Part shown: positions 1 to 9,997 of the stretch, in pieces
Layout of the letters: each line of letters starts with the position of its first letter
How positions within the stretch are numbered: the first letter of the stretch is position 1
Assembly: GCA_016870215.1 (NCBI GenBank)
Contig: VGCD01000001.1
Coordinates: 57,838-121,837, forward strand
DNA length: 64,000 bases
Direction of reading: 5' to 3'
Source: Actinomycetota bacterium
Lineage (GTDB): Bacteria; Actinomycetota; Acidimicrobiia; Acidimicrobiales; Ilumatobacteraceae
The notes under the pieces: model-generated
Database searches by the model: none
What the model was told of the DNA's origin: nothing
The model's input: the letters and a program-made list of their open reading frames with translations, nothing else
Translations under genes and position numbers: made by a program

Positions 1-1391
1 GAATCGGGTCGACCACGCAAGATGTCGCGCTCTTCGATGAGCGCGGCAAGCATGCACGCCAACCACGCCGCATCTTCACCGAGGTTGTCTTGTGCGTGCA
101 CCACCATGGAAGCAAGTCGTGGATGCAGCGGCAGTGCGAGCAAGGCTCGTCCGTGAGGAGTGATGCGATCGTGATTGTCGATGGCGTGAAGCATGCGAAG
201 GGTGTCACGTGCAAGCTGAATCGATCGTGGAGGCGGCGCTTCGGGAAAGGGCAGTGCGTCAAAGTCTGAACCCCACGCTGCAACCTCAAGGACCACCGAA
301 CACAGATCAACTTGTGAAATTTCGGGTGGAAGGTGTGCTGGACGTGTCGAGTCCTCGATGCGACTCCACAGTCGATACGCCACCCCTGGCCGTAAACGTC
401 CGGCACGGCCGCTGCGTTGTTCAGCCGAGGCGCGAGATGTGGTGACCGTGGTGAGGCGAGTGAGTCCGGTGCGTTGATCAAGTCGTGGCACTCTGGCGAG
501 ACCAGCGTCAATTACCACGTTCACGCCGTCAACCGTGAGAGAAGTCTCGGCAATGTCGGTACTCAGCACAATTCTTCGTCGACCGTTGTCGTCTGGACGA
601 AGAGCAGCATCTTGTTCGTCGAACGGTAAAGCCCCGGCCAGACGTTGCACGACAACATCAGAGGGCAAAGTGGCCACGAGGTGGTCACGCACACGATTGA
701 TCTCACCAATTCCGGGCAGGAATACCAACATGTCGCCGTCATCTTCACGTAGTGATGACTGTACGGTGGCAGCAATTGCCGCCTCGAGTGAGTCATCTCG
801 TCGCCGGGCCACATAGCGAACATCTACGGGGTGCATACGACCGTCTGATGTGATGATCGGCGCCGGTTGGTTTGTGTCGCCGAGCAATCGCGCGAAAGTG
901 TGGGTTTCAGCAGTTGCTGACATCGCCAACACGCGCACGTTGGGTCGAAGCGTTTGTCGGGCGTCGAGTAAAAGGGCGAGTCCGACATCAGTCGGAACGT
1001 TGCGTTCATGCACTTCGTCAAAAATTACGAGACCCACGCCGTCAAGTGACGGGTCTGATTGCAGTCGACGTGTCAGCACGCCTTCTGTGACGACTTCAAC
1101 TCGGGTCTTGGAACTGATTCGTCGTTCGTCGCGAGTTTGATAACCGATCAGGCCACCGACGTCGTCTCCGATGAGATGAGCCATGCGACGTGCAGCCGCA
1201 CGCGCAGCCAACCGACGAGGCTCGAGCATCACAATCTTGTTTCCTTCAAGCCACGGCTCATCAAGCAGGCGAATGGGAACTGTGGTCGTCTTGCCAGCGC
1301 CTGGCGGTGCGATGAGCACGGCACCACGATGAGTAGTTAGTGCCTCGCGGAGATCAGCGAGCACCTGTTCTACAGGAAGTGACTCAGACAA
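1..1391 (-). CDS. hrpB: ATP-dependent helicase HrpB-like (DEAH-box); C-terminal part lies beyond the window edge
   Basis: The minus-strand frame is open to position 1, so it is absent from the ORF track. Translation shows GAVLIAPPGAGKTT (Walker A), VIFDEVHERN (DEVH box), LAMSAT, LVFLPG, STDIAETSLTVDGV and QRSGRAGR. Start placed at TTG 1391, overlapping the upstream stop; uncertain by a few codons. Confidence 0.8.
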   Translation of the reverse strand, partial: MSESLPVEQVLADLREALTTHRGAVLIAPPGAGKTTTVPIRLLDEPWLEGNKIVMLEPRRLAARAAARRMAHLIGDDVGGLIGYQTRDERRISSKTRVEVVTEGVLTRRLQSDPSLDGVGLVIFDEVHERNVPTDVGLALLLDARQTLRPNVRVLAMSATAETHTFARLLGDTNQPAPIITSDGRMHPVDVRYVARRRDDSLEAAIAATVQSSLREDDGDMLVFLPGIGEINRVRDHLVATLPSDVVVQRLAGALPFDEQDAALRPDDNGRRRIVLSTDIAETSLTVDGVNVVIDAGLARVPRLDQRTGLTRLTTVTTSRASAEQRSGRAGRLRPGVAYRLWSRIEDSTRPAHLPPEISQVDLCSVVLEVAAWGSDFDALPFPEAPPPRSIQLARDTLRMLHAIDNHDRITPHGRALLALPLHPRLASMVVHAQDNLGEDAAWLACMLAALIEERDILRGRPD

Positions 1392-1878
1392 GTGCGGGCG
1401 TGCCGCGGAATGCACCTGGGTCGCCAGGCGCAGGAATCGTCGGTTTGCTCCAACTCACCAGCGACGCGATTTCATGGGACACTTCGCGCCATGAGTCTGC
1501 TGACCAACCTTGTGCAGCTGCAGGAATGGTGCCGTCGCCACGGATGAGCACAAAAGCAGGAAGTTCGGTAAGACCGAGAGCACGGATGACAGTGCGATCG
1601 GGGTCGGTGAACACCAAGAATTCGTCGGCTAGTGGCCCGAGGAACGTGCGAGCTTCATCTGCTCCACAGGCGATAATCCAATTTACGCGAACACCTGCAC
1701 CAGCGAATTGGTTCATGATGCGAGAGGCGGTCTTCAAAATCCAAGCACTCTCGTTGGTGTAGGGATCAACAACCACTGATGCAAGATGGAAGGTCATCAG
1801 CCACTCTCGCAATGGCCGTGCATCGCCCGAGAGGGGAGTCAGAGTCACATCAAGATTCGGGTTGGGGAGTTGTGTCAC
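1384..1878 (-). CDS. thioredoxin-fold-like protein (no CxxC visible)
   Basis: 164-aa ORF. GTG start lies 6 nt after TAGCGT (leaderless geometry). The fold call rests on general sequence pattern only. Confidence 0.4.
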   Translation of the reverse strand: MTQLPNPNLDVTLTPLSGDARPLREWLMTFHLASVVVDPYTNESAWILKTASRIMNQFAGAGVRVNWIIACGADEARTFLGPLADEFLVFTDPDRTVIRALGLTELPAFVLIRGDGTIPAAAQGWSADSWREVSHEIASLVSWSKPTIPAPGDPGAFRGTPALV

Positions 1879-1916
1879 GGGAATGACGCTAGTTCAGCGC
1901 CGCTAGCGTGCGGAAG

Positions 1917-2720
1917 GTGCATCCCATCGAACATCTGCGATATGTGGCACGAGTCCATGGTGCAGACCCCGTTGAGGTGGCGCTCGAGGCCTCCGAGGGG
2001 CTGGTGCACATGGTGCGAGATCCGGCCGCGGTCGTGGTGTCGGCGCGTCGCATGATGGAGCACCATCCAGAGAACGCGCCGTTGTGGTGGGTGTGTGCTC
2101 ATGCAGTCACGGCGATGGAGCCACAAACGGCAATTCGCGAATGCGCTCAAGCACTGAGCACTGATGCGACATCTGAGGTACTTCAAGCAGAATTACCTTC
2201 TGATGCAACGGTGTGTATGGCGGGGTGGTCAGGACATGTTGTCGACGCACTCGTGCGACGTGGTGATGTGCGTGCGCTCGTCGTTGATTCGCTCGGTGAA
2301 GGACAAGATGCACTTCGCGTCTTCGCGCGGCGTGGCGTCGAAGCTGAACTTGTCGCACCTGAAGGAATCGCGGCGGCCGTGGCGGCAAGTGACGTCACGA
2401 TCGTGACTGCGAAAAGTACGAGTCGACACGGGGTGCTTTGCGCGGGCGCGGCTTTGCCCTTGGTGGCCCTCGCTCGACTCTTCGAACGTCCGTTGTGGCT
2501 GGTTGCGCCGGTGGGAGTGCATCTCGCGCCGTCGTTGTGGCAAGCAATGAAAGAAGATCTCTGCGGCAGGCCTGATACGTGGGCGTCGGGTTACGACGTC
2601 ATGGAGTGGTCACATGTCTCCCGCATTGTTGATGCCAAGGGCATCATGGACGTAGAGCATCACCTCGCCACGGTCTCGTGTCCTGATGCGCCAGAGCTGT
2701 TGCGCCGAAGTGCCATCTAG
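1917..2720 (+). CDS. eIF-2B alpha/beta/delta-related family protein (divergent)
   Basis: The C-terminal half has the Rossmann-like pattern of the eIF2B/MtnA family (VVDSLGEGQ...GVEAELV...ASDVTIVTAKS...GVLCAGAALPLVALA...PLWLVAP). Start moved from 1908 to GTG 1917, which is 7 nt after TAGCGT. Confidence 0.4.
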   Translation: MHPIEHLRYVARVHGADPVEVALEASEGLVHMVRDPAAVVVSARRMMEHHPENAPLWWVCAHAVTAMEPQTAIRECAQALSTDATSEVLQAELPSDATVCMAGWSGHVVDALVRRGDVRALVVDSLGEGQDALRVFARRGVEAELVAPEGIAAAVAASDVTIVTAKSTSRHGVLCAGAALPLVALARLFERPLWLVAPVGVHLAPSLWQAMKEDLCGRPDTWASGYDVMEWSHVSRIVDAKGIMDVEHHLATVSCPDAPELLRRSAI

Positions 2721-2772
2721 GTGCTCCGCTTCAACTTCCGTCATCGGACGACTTCCGGTCTAGGTTGGCTAC

Positions 2773-3240
2773 ATGGCAAACAAGCGCGGCTCTATCCAGA
2801 TGACATCAGAGGAAATCGACAAATTCCTCGCAGATCGACATGTCATGAACATCGCAACGATTGGACCAACCGGACACCCACATCTCGTTGCCATGTGGTA
2901 CGCGATGATCGACGGCAAGCCAGCCTTCTGGACGTTTGGCAAGGCACAAAAGATCAACAACCTTCGTCGCAACTCGAAGATCACAGCTTTAGTCGAAGAC
3001 GGTGAGCAATACAACGAGCTACGTGGAGTCGAGTTAGTTGGTACCGGTCGCATCATCGAGGACTACGACGAGATTCTGAACATCGGCATGGTGGTTGCGG
3101 AGAAGTACAACGGAGAAATCGCTGTTAGCGAAGTTGCGTTGCCATTCATTCGCAAGCAAGCCGAGAAGCGTCTCGGAGTGGTGATTGACGTTGAGAAGGT
3201 GGTCAGTTGGGACCACAACAAGCTCGGCGGGGGCTACTGA
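2773..3240 (+). CDS. pyridoxamine 5'-phosphate oxidase family protein (probable F420/FMN-binding split barrel)
   Basis: 155 aa. N-terminus MTSEEIDKFLADRHVMNIATIGPTGHPHLVAMWY is typical of the PPOX class. ATG lies 6 nt after TAGGTT. Confidence 0.7.
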   Translation: MANKRGSIQMTSEEIDKFLADRHVMNIATIGPTGHPHLVAMWYAMIDGKPAFWTFGKAQKINNLRRNSKITALVEDGEQYNELRGVELVGTGRIIEDYDEILNIGMVVAEKYNGEIAVSEVALPFIRKQAEKRLGVVIDVEKVVSWDHNKLGGGY

Positions 3241-3281
3241 CCTTCGCCTGTTGTGAGGTGAGTGGCAGGTGCCGCTCGGCC

Positions 3282-4151
3282 TTACACCGATAATTCAGCG
3301 ATGGCTTCTGCCATCGTGATGATGCGTTCAGCATTCGCCACGTGCAGGTTCTCGATCATCTTTCCGTCGAGTTGCACCACGCCTTTGCCCTGGCTGGTGG
3401 CTTCGGTGAAGGCGGAAATCACTCGGCGTGCGTGATCGACATCAGCATCGCTCGGTGCCCACACGTCATTTGCAATTGCGACTTGATCTGGGTGAATCAG
3501 TGTCTTGCCGTCGAATCCCATGTCTTTGCCTTGAGTGCATTCGGCGCGCAGTCCATCTGCGTTCTTGATGTCGTTGAAGACGCCGTCGAGAATTGGCTTT
3601 CCGATCTCGCGAGCAGCAAGCAGGGCGAGCGCCAAATGCGGAACCAGCGGATGACGGCCTGCTACTTGAGTGGCGCGCAATTCCTTGGCAAGGTCGTTAG
3701 TTCCCATGACGAGTACTGAAACTCGAGGATGGGCACAGATGGCGCGTGCATCGAGGATTGCCGTAGGCGTCTCGAGCATGCACCAAATTGTCATGGTTAC
3801 CGGAGCCCCGGCGGCATCGAGGCGTCGCGAGACTTCGTCGAGAGTTGTCACAGAGTCGACCTTGGGGATTACAACTGCGTGCGCACAACTTTGCGCTGCT
3901 GCCACCAGATCGTCGGCGCCCCATGGCGTTTCGAGACCGTTGCACCGGATCGTGATCTCTCGCTTGCCGTATGCACCTGATGAAGCAGCTGCAACCGCAT
4001 TCACCCGGGCCGCATCTTTCGCATCGGGGGACACTGCATCTTCAAGATCGAAGATCAGCGCATCAGTTGCGATTGATTTTGCTTTCTCAAGCGCGCGTTC
4101 GTTTGCTGCTGGCATGTAAAGAACAGAGCGACGAGGGCGGTTCTGGTGCAT
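3282..4151 (-). CDS. HpcH/HpaI-CitE family CoA-ester lyase / malyl-CoA thioesterase-like (Mcl2/CitE-like)
   Basis: 289 aa. SVLYMPAANERALEKAKSIATDALIFDLEDAV and MGFDGKTLIHPDQV are CitE-family signatures. A GGAGGA SD precedes the start. It lies 14 nt downstream of mcl. Confidence 0.8.
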   Translation of the reverse strand: MHQNRPRRSVLYMPAANERALEKAKSIATDALIFDLEDAVSPDAKDAARVNAVAAASSGAYGKREITIRCNGLETPWGADDLVAAAQSCAHAVVIPKVDSVTTLDEVSRRLDAAGAPVTMTIWCMLETPTAILDARAICAHPRVSVLVMGTNDLAKELRATQVAGRHPLVPHLALALLAAREIGKPILDGVFNDIKNADGLRAECTQGKDMGFDGKTLIHPDQVAIANDVWAPSDADVDHARRVISAFTEATSQGKGVVQLDGKMIENLHVANAERIITMAEAIAELSV

Positions 4152-4165
4152 GTGGTCCTCCGAGG

Positions 4166-5221
4166 TCAGGATGAAAAGTCGTAACGCGCAGCAAGCTCGG
4201 GGTCGCGAGCGGCAAGCTCGCGAGCAAGTTCAACCACGACTCGGCACTGTTTCACTGATGCATCGTCTTCCATTTTTCCATCGAGCATGATTGCACCGGT
4301 TCCGTCACCCATCGCATCGATGACGCGCTGTGCTTGTGCGACATCTTCTGGTCGCGGACTGAATACTCGTTTGGCAATGTCGATCTGAACTGGGTGGAGA
4401 CTCCACGCACCGACGCAGCCGAGGAGATATGCGTTGCGGAATTGGTCTTCGCAAGCAACGACATCTTTGATGTCACCGAAAGGTCCGTAGAACGGAAGAA
4501 TTCCGTGGGTGACGCATGCATCGACCATGCGCGCCAGCGTGTAGTGCCACAAGTCTTGTTGGAACACCGGACGCGCCGCCTCGGGGTTGTTGGCATCGGG
4601 GTCTTGTCGCACCACATAGTCAGGGTGCCCGCCACCCACTCGTGTGGTTTTCATACGGCGGTTTGCAGCAAGGTCGGCTGGCCCGAGTGACAAACCCTGC
4701 ATACGAGGAGATGCACCACAGATGTCCTCGATGTTCACCATGCCGCGCGCCGTCTCCAGAATGGCGTGCACGAGAATTGGACGAGTCAACTTTGCTTTTG
4801 CTTCGAGTTGCGCGAGAAGCCTGTCGACGTAATGAATGTCTTCTGGTCCTTCGACCTTTGGAATCATGATGACGTCGATCTTGTGTCCGACCGTCGACAC
4901 AATTTCAGTCAGGTCGTCGAGGAACCAAGGCGAATCGAGTGAGTTGACGCGTGTCCACAGTTGTGTCGCACCGAAATCGATGCGCTTGGCGACATCGATG
5001 AGCCCGTGCCGTGCGGCCTCTTTGTCGGCCATCGGAATGGCATCTTCAAGATTTCCGAGGATGATGTCGACAGTGGGGACGACTTCGGGCAATTTGGCCA
5101 CCACCTTGTCGAGGTGTGGTGGGAAAAAGTGGATGACTCGACTGGGCCGAAACGGAATCTCACGCAGAGGCTCTGGGGCACCGGCGGCGAGAGGTTTGAA
5201 GAAATCACGAGCGGAACGCAC
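4166..5221 (-). CDS. mcl: L-malyl-CoA/beta-methylmalyl-CoA lyase
   Basis: Near-colinear resemblance, from memory, to Chloroflexus/Rhodobacter Mcl: [100 protein letters not shown]. Start set to GVG-type GTG 5221 ([11 protein letters not shown]), 6 nt after TACTCT. The ORF-track start at 5386 is an upstream shadow. Confidence 0.8.
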   Translation of the reverse strand: MRSARDFFKPLAAGAPEPLREIPFRPSRVIHFFPPHLDKVVAKLPEVVPTVDIILGNLEDAIPMADKEAARHGLIDVAKRIDFGATQLWTRVNSLDSPWFLDDLTEIVSTVGHKIDVIMIPKVEGPEDIHYVDRLLAQLEAKAKLTRPILVHAILETARGMVNIEDICGASPRMQGLSLGPADLAANRRMKTTRVGGGHPDYVVRQDPDANNPEAARPVFQQDLWHYTLARMVDACVTHGILPFYGPFGDIKDVVACEDQFRNAYLLGCVGAWSLHPVQIDIAKRVFSPRPEDVAQAQRVIDAMGDGTGAIMLDGKMEDDASVKQCRVVVELARELAARDPELAARYDFSS

Positions 5222-5254
5222 GAGCCAAGAGTAGGGGACACCTACGCTTTCAGC

Positions 5255-5932
5255 ATGGTTGCGCCCTTCGACGCTGTGCTGTTTGACGCTGGCGGAGTGT
5301 TGGTGGTGCCAGATCCGGTGGTGTTGAAGCCCCTGCTCGACTACTACGGGGCGACGGCCGACCACGCGGGTCACGTGCGCGCTCACTATGCAGGCATGGC
5401 GGCCAAGTCTCGATCACGGTCGAACGAGAGTGACTGGAGTTCATACAACAGCGCATACGTCGAATGTGTGGGTGTGCCGACGGTGAACCATGACGATGCA
5501 GTGTTTGTTCTGAGTCGCACACGCACTGCACATTTGTGGAGACACCCACTACCTGGTTCTGCTGAAGCGTTGCTCGCCTTACATCATCGGGGAGTGCCGA
5601 TTGGCGTGGTGAGCAATGCGAGTGGGCAAATCGAGGACATTCTCAATCGCAGTGGTGTGTGTCAGGTCGGTGAAGGTCGCGGGGCACCGATGCGTTGCAT
5701 CGTGGACAGCCATGTCGTCGGAGTGTCAAAACCAGATCCTGCGATTTTTGATCACGCACTTCCGCATTTCGCCGACATCAATCGCTCACGCATCGCCTAT
5801 GTGGGTGATTCGCTCGTGATGGACGTCGAAGGCTCGCGCGCGGCAGGTTTGATTCCTTACCTCATGGACCCGTATGGCGACATGACTGACGCACCAGCGA
5901 CGCGCATCAGTTCATTGTTGCAATTGCTCTGA
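5255..5932 (+). CDS. HAD-superfamily hydrolase
   Basis: [12 protein letters not shown] (motif I), VSNAS (motif II), KPDPAIF and VGDSLVMDV (motifs III/IV). ATG 5255 lies 6 nt after TACGCT. The ORF-track start at 4961 overlaps mcl antisense. Confidence 0.8.
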   Translation: MVAPFDAVLFDAGGVLVVPDPVVLKPLLDYYGATADHAGHVRAHYAGMAAKSRSRSNESDWSSYNSAYVECVGVPTVNHDDAVFVLSRTRTAHLWRHPLPGSAEALLALHHRGVPIGVVSNASGQIEDILNRSGVCQVGEGRGAPMRCIVDSHVVGVSKPDPAIFDHALPHFADINRSRIAYVGDSLVMDVEGSRAAGLIPYLMDPYGDMTDAPATRISSLLQLL

Positions 5933-5955
5933 GCTGAAAATTTCGCAGAGAAATA

Positions 5956-7557
5956 TCAGGCAGATTCGCACAGGCGCTTGGCAACAACCTTCAGGCACAG
6001 TGTTTCGTCTGCACCTTCGAAGATGGACAGCACGCGCGCGTCGACAAAGAGTCGAGATACTGAGTATTCCTCGGCGTATCCATAGCCGCCGTGAATCTGC
6101 ATCGCTTCGCGGGTGACCCATTCGGCGGCTTTGCACACATACGCCTTCAGCATGCTGGCTTCCATCGCGCCCTCACCCTTGCCCATGAGACGTGCAACGG
6201 CATAAGAGAACTGACGGCTTGCTTGAGTGATGGCGGCCATGCGACCGAGCTTCACCTGCGTCAACTCGTATTCAGAGATGTTGTTACCAAACACCATGCG
6301 GTTCTCGGCGTAGTCGCGAGCTGCCTCGTACGCCGCTTGCATCACGCCCACAGCACGCGCAGCAGTTTGCAGGCGTCCATTTTCGAATCCGGCCATCTGA
6401 AGATAAAAGCCCTTGCCAATGCCACCCTCTTCACCGATGAGGTTTGCGGCCGGCACCCACCAATTCTCAATGGCGATTTCGTAAGAGTGCATGCCGCGGT
6501 AACCGATGGTGTCAATGGGTCGACCTTCCATGCGACCACCACTGTCTTGAATGAACACGAACCCGTGGCCGTCAGCTTGAGGTTTGGGAACGATGAACAA
6601 ACTGAGTCCACGGTGCGTTTTTGAACGGTCTGGATCTGTGCGCGCGAGCAACATCAACACATTCGCCCGCGCGCCAAATGTGCACCATGTCTTCACACCA
6701 TTAATGACATAGCCCGCTGCGCCAGACGGACCGCTGGCCGGAGTCGCCGTTGTTTTGATGCCTGCAACATCGCTTCCGTAGTCGGGCTCCGTGACTGCGA
6801 CTGCAGACATCACCTCGGTTGTCGCCAACTTCGGTAGCCATTCATGCTTCTGAGCTTCTGTGCCGCCTGCAACGAGTGCGCGCGTGAGAATTTCCGGCCG
6901 AGTGATGAGAGAGCCACCAATTCCAAGTGACGCTCGAGAAAGTTCTTCGGTAGCCACGACGGACGCCATATATTCGCCTTCGCCACCCTCGCCGTAGCCG
7001 CCATACTCAGTCGGAACGCTCAGGCCAAAGGCACCAATTTCTGCAAGTCCAGCGATGATGTCTTCTGGAACGTCCTCGTTGAATCGGTGCACATGCTCTG
7101 CACGCGGTGCGATTTCCTTTACCGCAAATGAGCGGAAGGTGTCTTGCACCATCTCGAAATCGGCATCCAAGTGGCGTGGACCTTGGGCGAGTGAAAGCGA
7201 CGCGAGGAACTTCGGGTCGCGGAACTTGGACATGAACTTCTGCGTTGACGCAAGTTGGTCGATCGATGCCCCCCACAGTTCTTCACGACCGATCAAACGT
7301 GTGAGTAATTCGTGAAGCATGTCGGCAGCAAAGGCGCATGTCAGTGCTGCCTCAACTTCTCCTTTGGCGCCGTAGTCAAGCATCGACCGTGCGGTCTCGA
7401 CGGCTGCGGATGCATGCGCCACGTCATATGCAAGCACTTGGTTCTTGTCTGGTCCGCCTGAGCTCTTCAATGTGGACACGGCACGTTCAACGACAGATGC
7501 CGCCGAAGAAATCGCGGAGGCGGCGTCTTGAAGATCAGTTGCGCTGAGGGAGCTCAT
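5956..7557 (-). CDS. acyl-CoA dehydrogenase with a ~150-aa N-terminal extension (methylsuccinyl-CoA dehydrogenase-like)
   Basis: ACAD motifs TEPDYGSDVAGIKTTA, YAENRMVFG and QIHGGYGYAEEY. The helical N-terminal extension resembles that of Mcd. ATG 7557 lies 7 nt after TAGCGT. Family 0.85; the Mcd assignment is about 0.4. Confidence 0.8.
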   Translation of the reverse strand: MSSLSATDLQDAASAISSAASVVERAVSTLKSSGGPDKNQVLAYDVAHASAAVETARSMLDYGAKGEVEAALTCAFAADMLHELLTRLIGREELWGASIDQLASTQKFMSKFRDPKFLASLSLAQGPRHLDADFEMVQDTFRSFAVKEIAPRAEHVHRFNEDVPEDIIAGLAEIGAFGLSVPTEYGGYGEGGEGEYMASVVATEELSRASLGIGGSLITRPEILTRALVAGGTEAQKHEWLPKLATTEVMSAVAVTEPDYGSDVAGIKTTATPASGPSGAAGYVINGVKTWCTFGARANVLMLLARTDPDRSKTHRGLSLFIVPKPQADGHGFVFIQDSGGRMEGRPIDTIGYRGMHSYEIAIENWWVPAANLIGEEGGIGKGFYLQMAGFENGRLQTAARAVGVMQAAYEAARDYAENRMVFGNNISEYELTQVKLGRMAAITQASRQFSYAVARLMGKGEGAMEASMLKAYVCKAAEWVTREAMQIHGGYGYAEEYSVSRLFVDARVLSIFEGADETLCLKVVAKRLCESA

Positions 7558-7733
7558 ATACGAAACGCTAGTGAGAAGCGTTCCAATACGCCCCACTGTG
7601 ACATGAAGGAGAGGATGAGAATGTGAGGCAAAGGTCCGGGCACCGTCTGAGCAGGGCAGATGTTGGACGGCTAACGGTCGGCTAACGGCTACAGATGCCC
7701 CACCTAATCTGATGTTGTGACAGCGAGACACCT

Positions 7734-8780
7734 GTGACGGTCTCACCATCGGCGCGGCCATTCGAATGGGAAGCGGGCGCTCCCGAGAGCGATGTTGAAG
7801 CGGCATCGCTGGAACGAGGGGCATCAGCCCTGGTGTCGTCGACAACTCGAACTGGCCTCACCTCAGCCGTGGTGGCCGTACATCGCGGTCGGATTGTGTG
7901 TGAGCACTATGGCGAAGGTCACGATGAAGCCTCCACCTTCATCTCTTGGTCGATGGCCAAGAGCATGGTTGGCGCACTCTGTGGCGTCGCCATCGACGAA
8001 GGCTTGTTGTCGCTCGATGCCCCAGCTTCTGTCACCGCATGGGCAAACGACGAGCGGCGCGACATCACTTTGCGCCATCTGTTGCAGATGACATCTGGAT
8101 TGTCGTGGGTCGAGGATTACATCGACGGTGAGGCCTCACATGTCATCGACATGCTCTTTGGCTCTGGCACTGATGATGTTGCGAGCTATGCGGCCAGTCG
8201 ACCTTCGCAGTTTCGGCCGGGCGAGCAATGGTTGTATTCGTCGGGGACAACGAACATCATCAGCCGACTTCTTGGCGATGCACTCGGCGACACTCACGGC
8301 TCGCACAAAAATATTGAGTCATATCTCCATCGCAATCTCTTTGATGCAATCGGGATGTCGTCCGCAAGTCCGAAATTCGACGCGAGCGGAACATTCATCG
8401 GGTCGTCGTACGTGTATGCGACTGCTCGTGACTTCGCGAGATTCGGTGCATTGTTTCTGAACAATGGCGAATGGGCGAGTCGCCAGGTAATTCCGCGAGA
8501 ATGGGTTGACTTTTCCCGTGTATCGGTGGCACACGACGATGACAACGGGTTTGACTACGGGGCGCACTGGTGGACATGGCCCGGTGAGCCGGACTCACTT
8601 GTGGCACTTGGTTACGAGGGTCAGTACATCTGGGTCGTTCCGCAACGCGATCTTGTGCTCGTGCGCCTCGGCAAGACCGACGCGGCGCTTCGCAATAATC
8701 TCACCGCTGACCTTCTCTCGCTCGTGCGCGCATTCCCCACGTCGCAACGTCTGATGGACAAGAGTGGTGACCGTGGCTGA
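7734..8780 (+). CDS. serine hydrolase, beta-lactamase (class C)-related
   Basis: SxxK motif in FISWSMAKSMVGAL, plus overall length and pattern of the family. The GTG start overlaps the stop of a 6-codon leaderless mini-ORF. Confidence 0.75.
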   Translation: MTVSPSARPFEWEAGAPESDVEAASLERGASALVSSTTRTGLTSAVVAVHRGRIVCEHYGEGHDEASTFISWSMAKSMVGALCGVAIDEGLLSLDAPASVTAWANDERRDITLRHLLQMTSGLSWVEDYIDGEASHVIDMLFGSGTDDVASYAASRPSQFRPGEQWLYSSGTTNIISRLLGDALGDTHGSHKNIESYLHRNLFDAIGMSSASPKFDASGTFIGSSYVYATARDFARFGALFLNNGEWASRQVIPREWVDFSRVSVAHDDDNGFDYGAHWWTWPGEPDSLVALGYEGQYIWVVPQRDLVLVRLGKTDAALRNNLTADLLSLVRAFPTSQRLMDKSGDRG

Positions 8781-9987
8781 GCCCGATTCTCTCGACGGCA
8801 CTGCCGAACTACGTCGAAGTGGATGGCGGCGCACACTCAAAGTGGTGCTTACCGCCGCCATCTTGTACTTCTTCGTCATACCTCTCATTCCGGGTTTTCG
8901 CCGTGCAGTCGATGAACTGAACGAAGTCGAACCAACTTTGCTTGCCGCAGGCATTGCGCTCCAAGCCTTTTCTTTGTTGTGCTACTCGCTCTTGACGCGC
9001 GCTGCACTCGGCTCTGAGGCGCACAAAATAAGTGTGCTGCGTCTGTTTCGTATACAGCTCAGCACAAAGGCACTCGGCAACATCATGCCGGCGGGAAGTG
9101 CAGCAAGTTCTGCACTGGGTTATCGCATGTTGACGATGAGCAAAGTTCCGGGCCCCGATGCCGGATTCGCACTTGCGACTGCTGGCGTTGGCTCTGCAGT
9201 TGTCCTGAACTTCATTCTGTGGTTTGGTCTCATCGTTTCGATTCCGGTGCGCGGAGTGAACCCGGCATACGGCACGGCGGCAATTGCAGGTGTCATCTTG
9301 ATGGCAGCCGCCGGTTTCATCGTGTTTGGCTTGGTGGAAGGTCAAGGTCGTGCCGAACGATTGGTTCGTGCCATCGCACGCCGATTGCGGCTGAACGAAC
9401 ATCACGCAGCAGAAGTGCTCGAACATCTCGGTGTGCGCATCGAAGGACTTATCGCCGAACCACGTCTTTTGGCCCGAGTTGTCGTGTGGGCCACTCTCAA
9501 CTGGCTACTCGACATGGCTTCGTTGTGGGTCTTCTTGCAAGCATTCGGCGCCTCCATCAGCCTCGACGGCCTCGTCGTCGCCTTCGGTCTCGCCAATGTG
9601 CTGTCCGTTGTGCCGGTCACGCCGGGCGGACTTGGCATCGTGGAGGGTGTCTACATTCCAACTCTCGTCGGTTTTGGTCTCACGCGCGCGAACGCAACAG
9701 TCGGTGTGCTCTCGTACCGCATCGCGCAGTACTGGTTGCCGATCTTGGTCGGCTGGCTCTGTTACCTCTCGCTGCGAGTTGGGCCATTCGCCATCGACCG
9801 GCGACATCGTCTGCGACCTCTTCCCGAAGTCGCCGAAGCAGAGGCTGCACGAAACGTCACGGCAGTCGACTGGGTCGAGCGTTTCGCGCCTCGCGATCGC
9901 ACGGGTCAATTCACCATGCCGACGTTGACGCGCGAAGACCTCGAGTACTTCGACGACGACACGGGCCCGCAGTCATTACCCAACTAG
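8764..9987 (+). CDS. integral membrane protein, YbhN / lysyl-PG-synthase TM-region (flippase-like) family
   Basis: 407 aa with about 8 hydrophobic segments. Its start overlaps the upstream gene by 17 nt. Confidence 0.55.
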   Translation: MVTVAEPDSLDGTAELRRSGWRRTLKVVLTAAILYFFVIPLIPGFRRAVDELNEVEPTLLAAGIALQAFSLLCYSLLTRAALGSEAHKISVLRLFRIQLSTKALGNIMPAGSAASSALGYRMLTMSKVPGPDAGFALATAGVGSAVVLNFILWFGLIVSIPVRGVNPAYGTAAIAGVILMAAAGFIVFGLVEGQGRAERLVRAIARRLRLNEHHAAEVLEHLGVRIEGLIAEPRLLARVVVWATLNWLLDMASLWVFLQAFGASISLDGLVVAFGLANVLSVVPVTPGGLGIVEGVYIPTLVGFGLTRANATVGVLSYRIAQYWLPILVGWLCYLSLRVGPFAIDRRHRLRPLPEVAEAEAARNVTAVDWVERFAPRDRTGQFTMPTLTREDLEYFDDDTGPQSLPN

Positions 9988-9997
9988 CGTTCCTCAT

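Noticed and set aside
4961-5254. Long N-terminal extensions offered by the ORF track. Examples: HAD 4961, mcl 5386, ACAD 7845, alpha/beta hydrolase 12366, amidohydrolase 19794, argG 24213, rhomboid 52494, fcl 53272, gmd 60880, FmdB 50713.
   Set aside because: The extensions overlap better-supported genes on the other strand or in another frame. They exceed homolog lengths. They lie upstream of TAnnnT-N6/7 leaderless promoter geometry or of an SD. Open upstream frames of this kind are typical in high-GC DNA.
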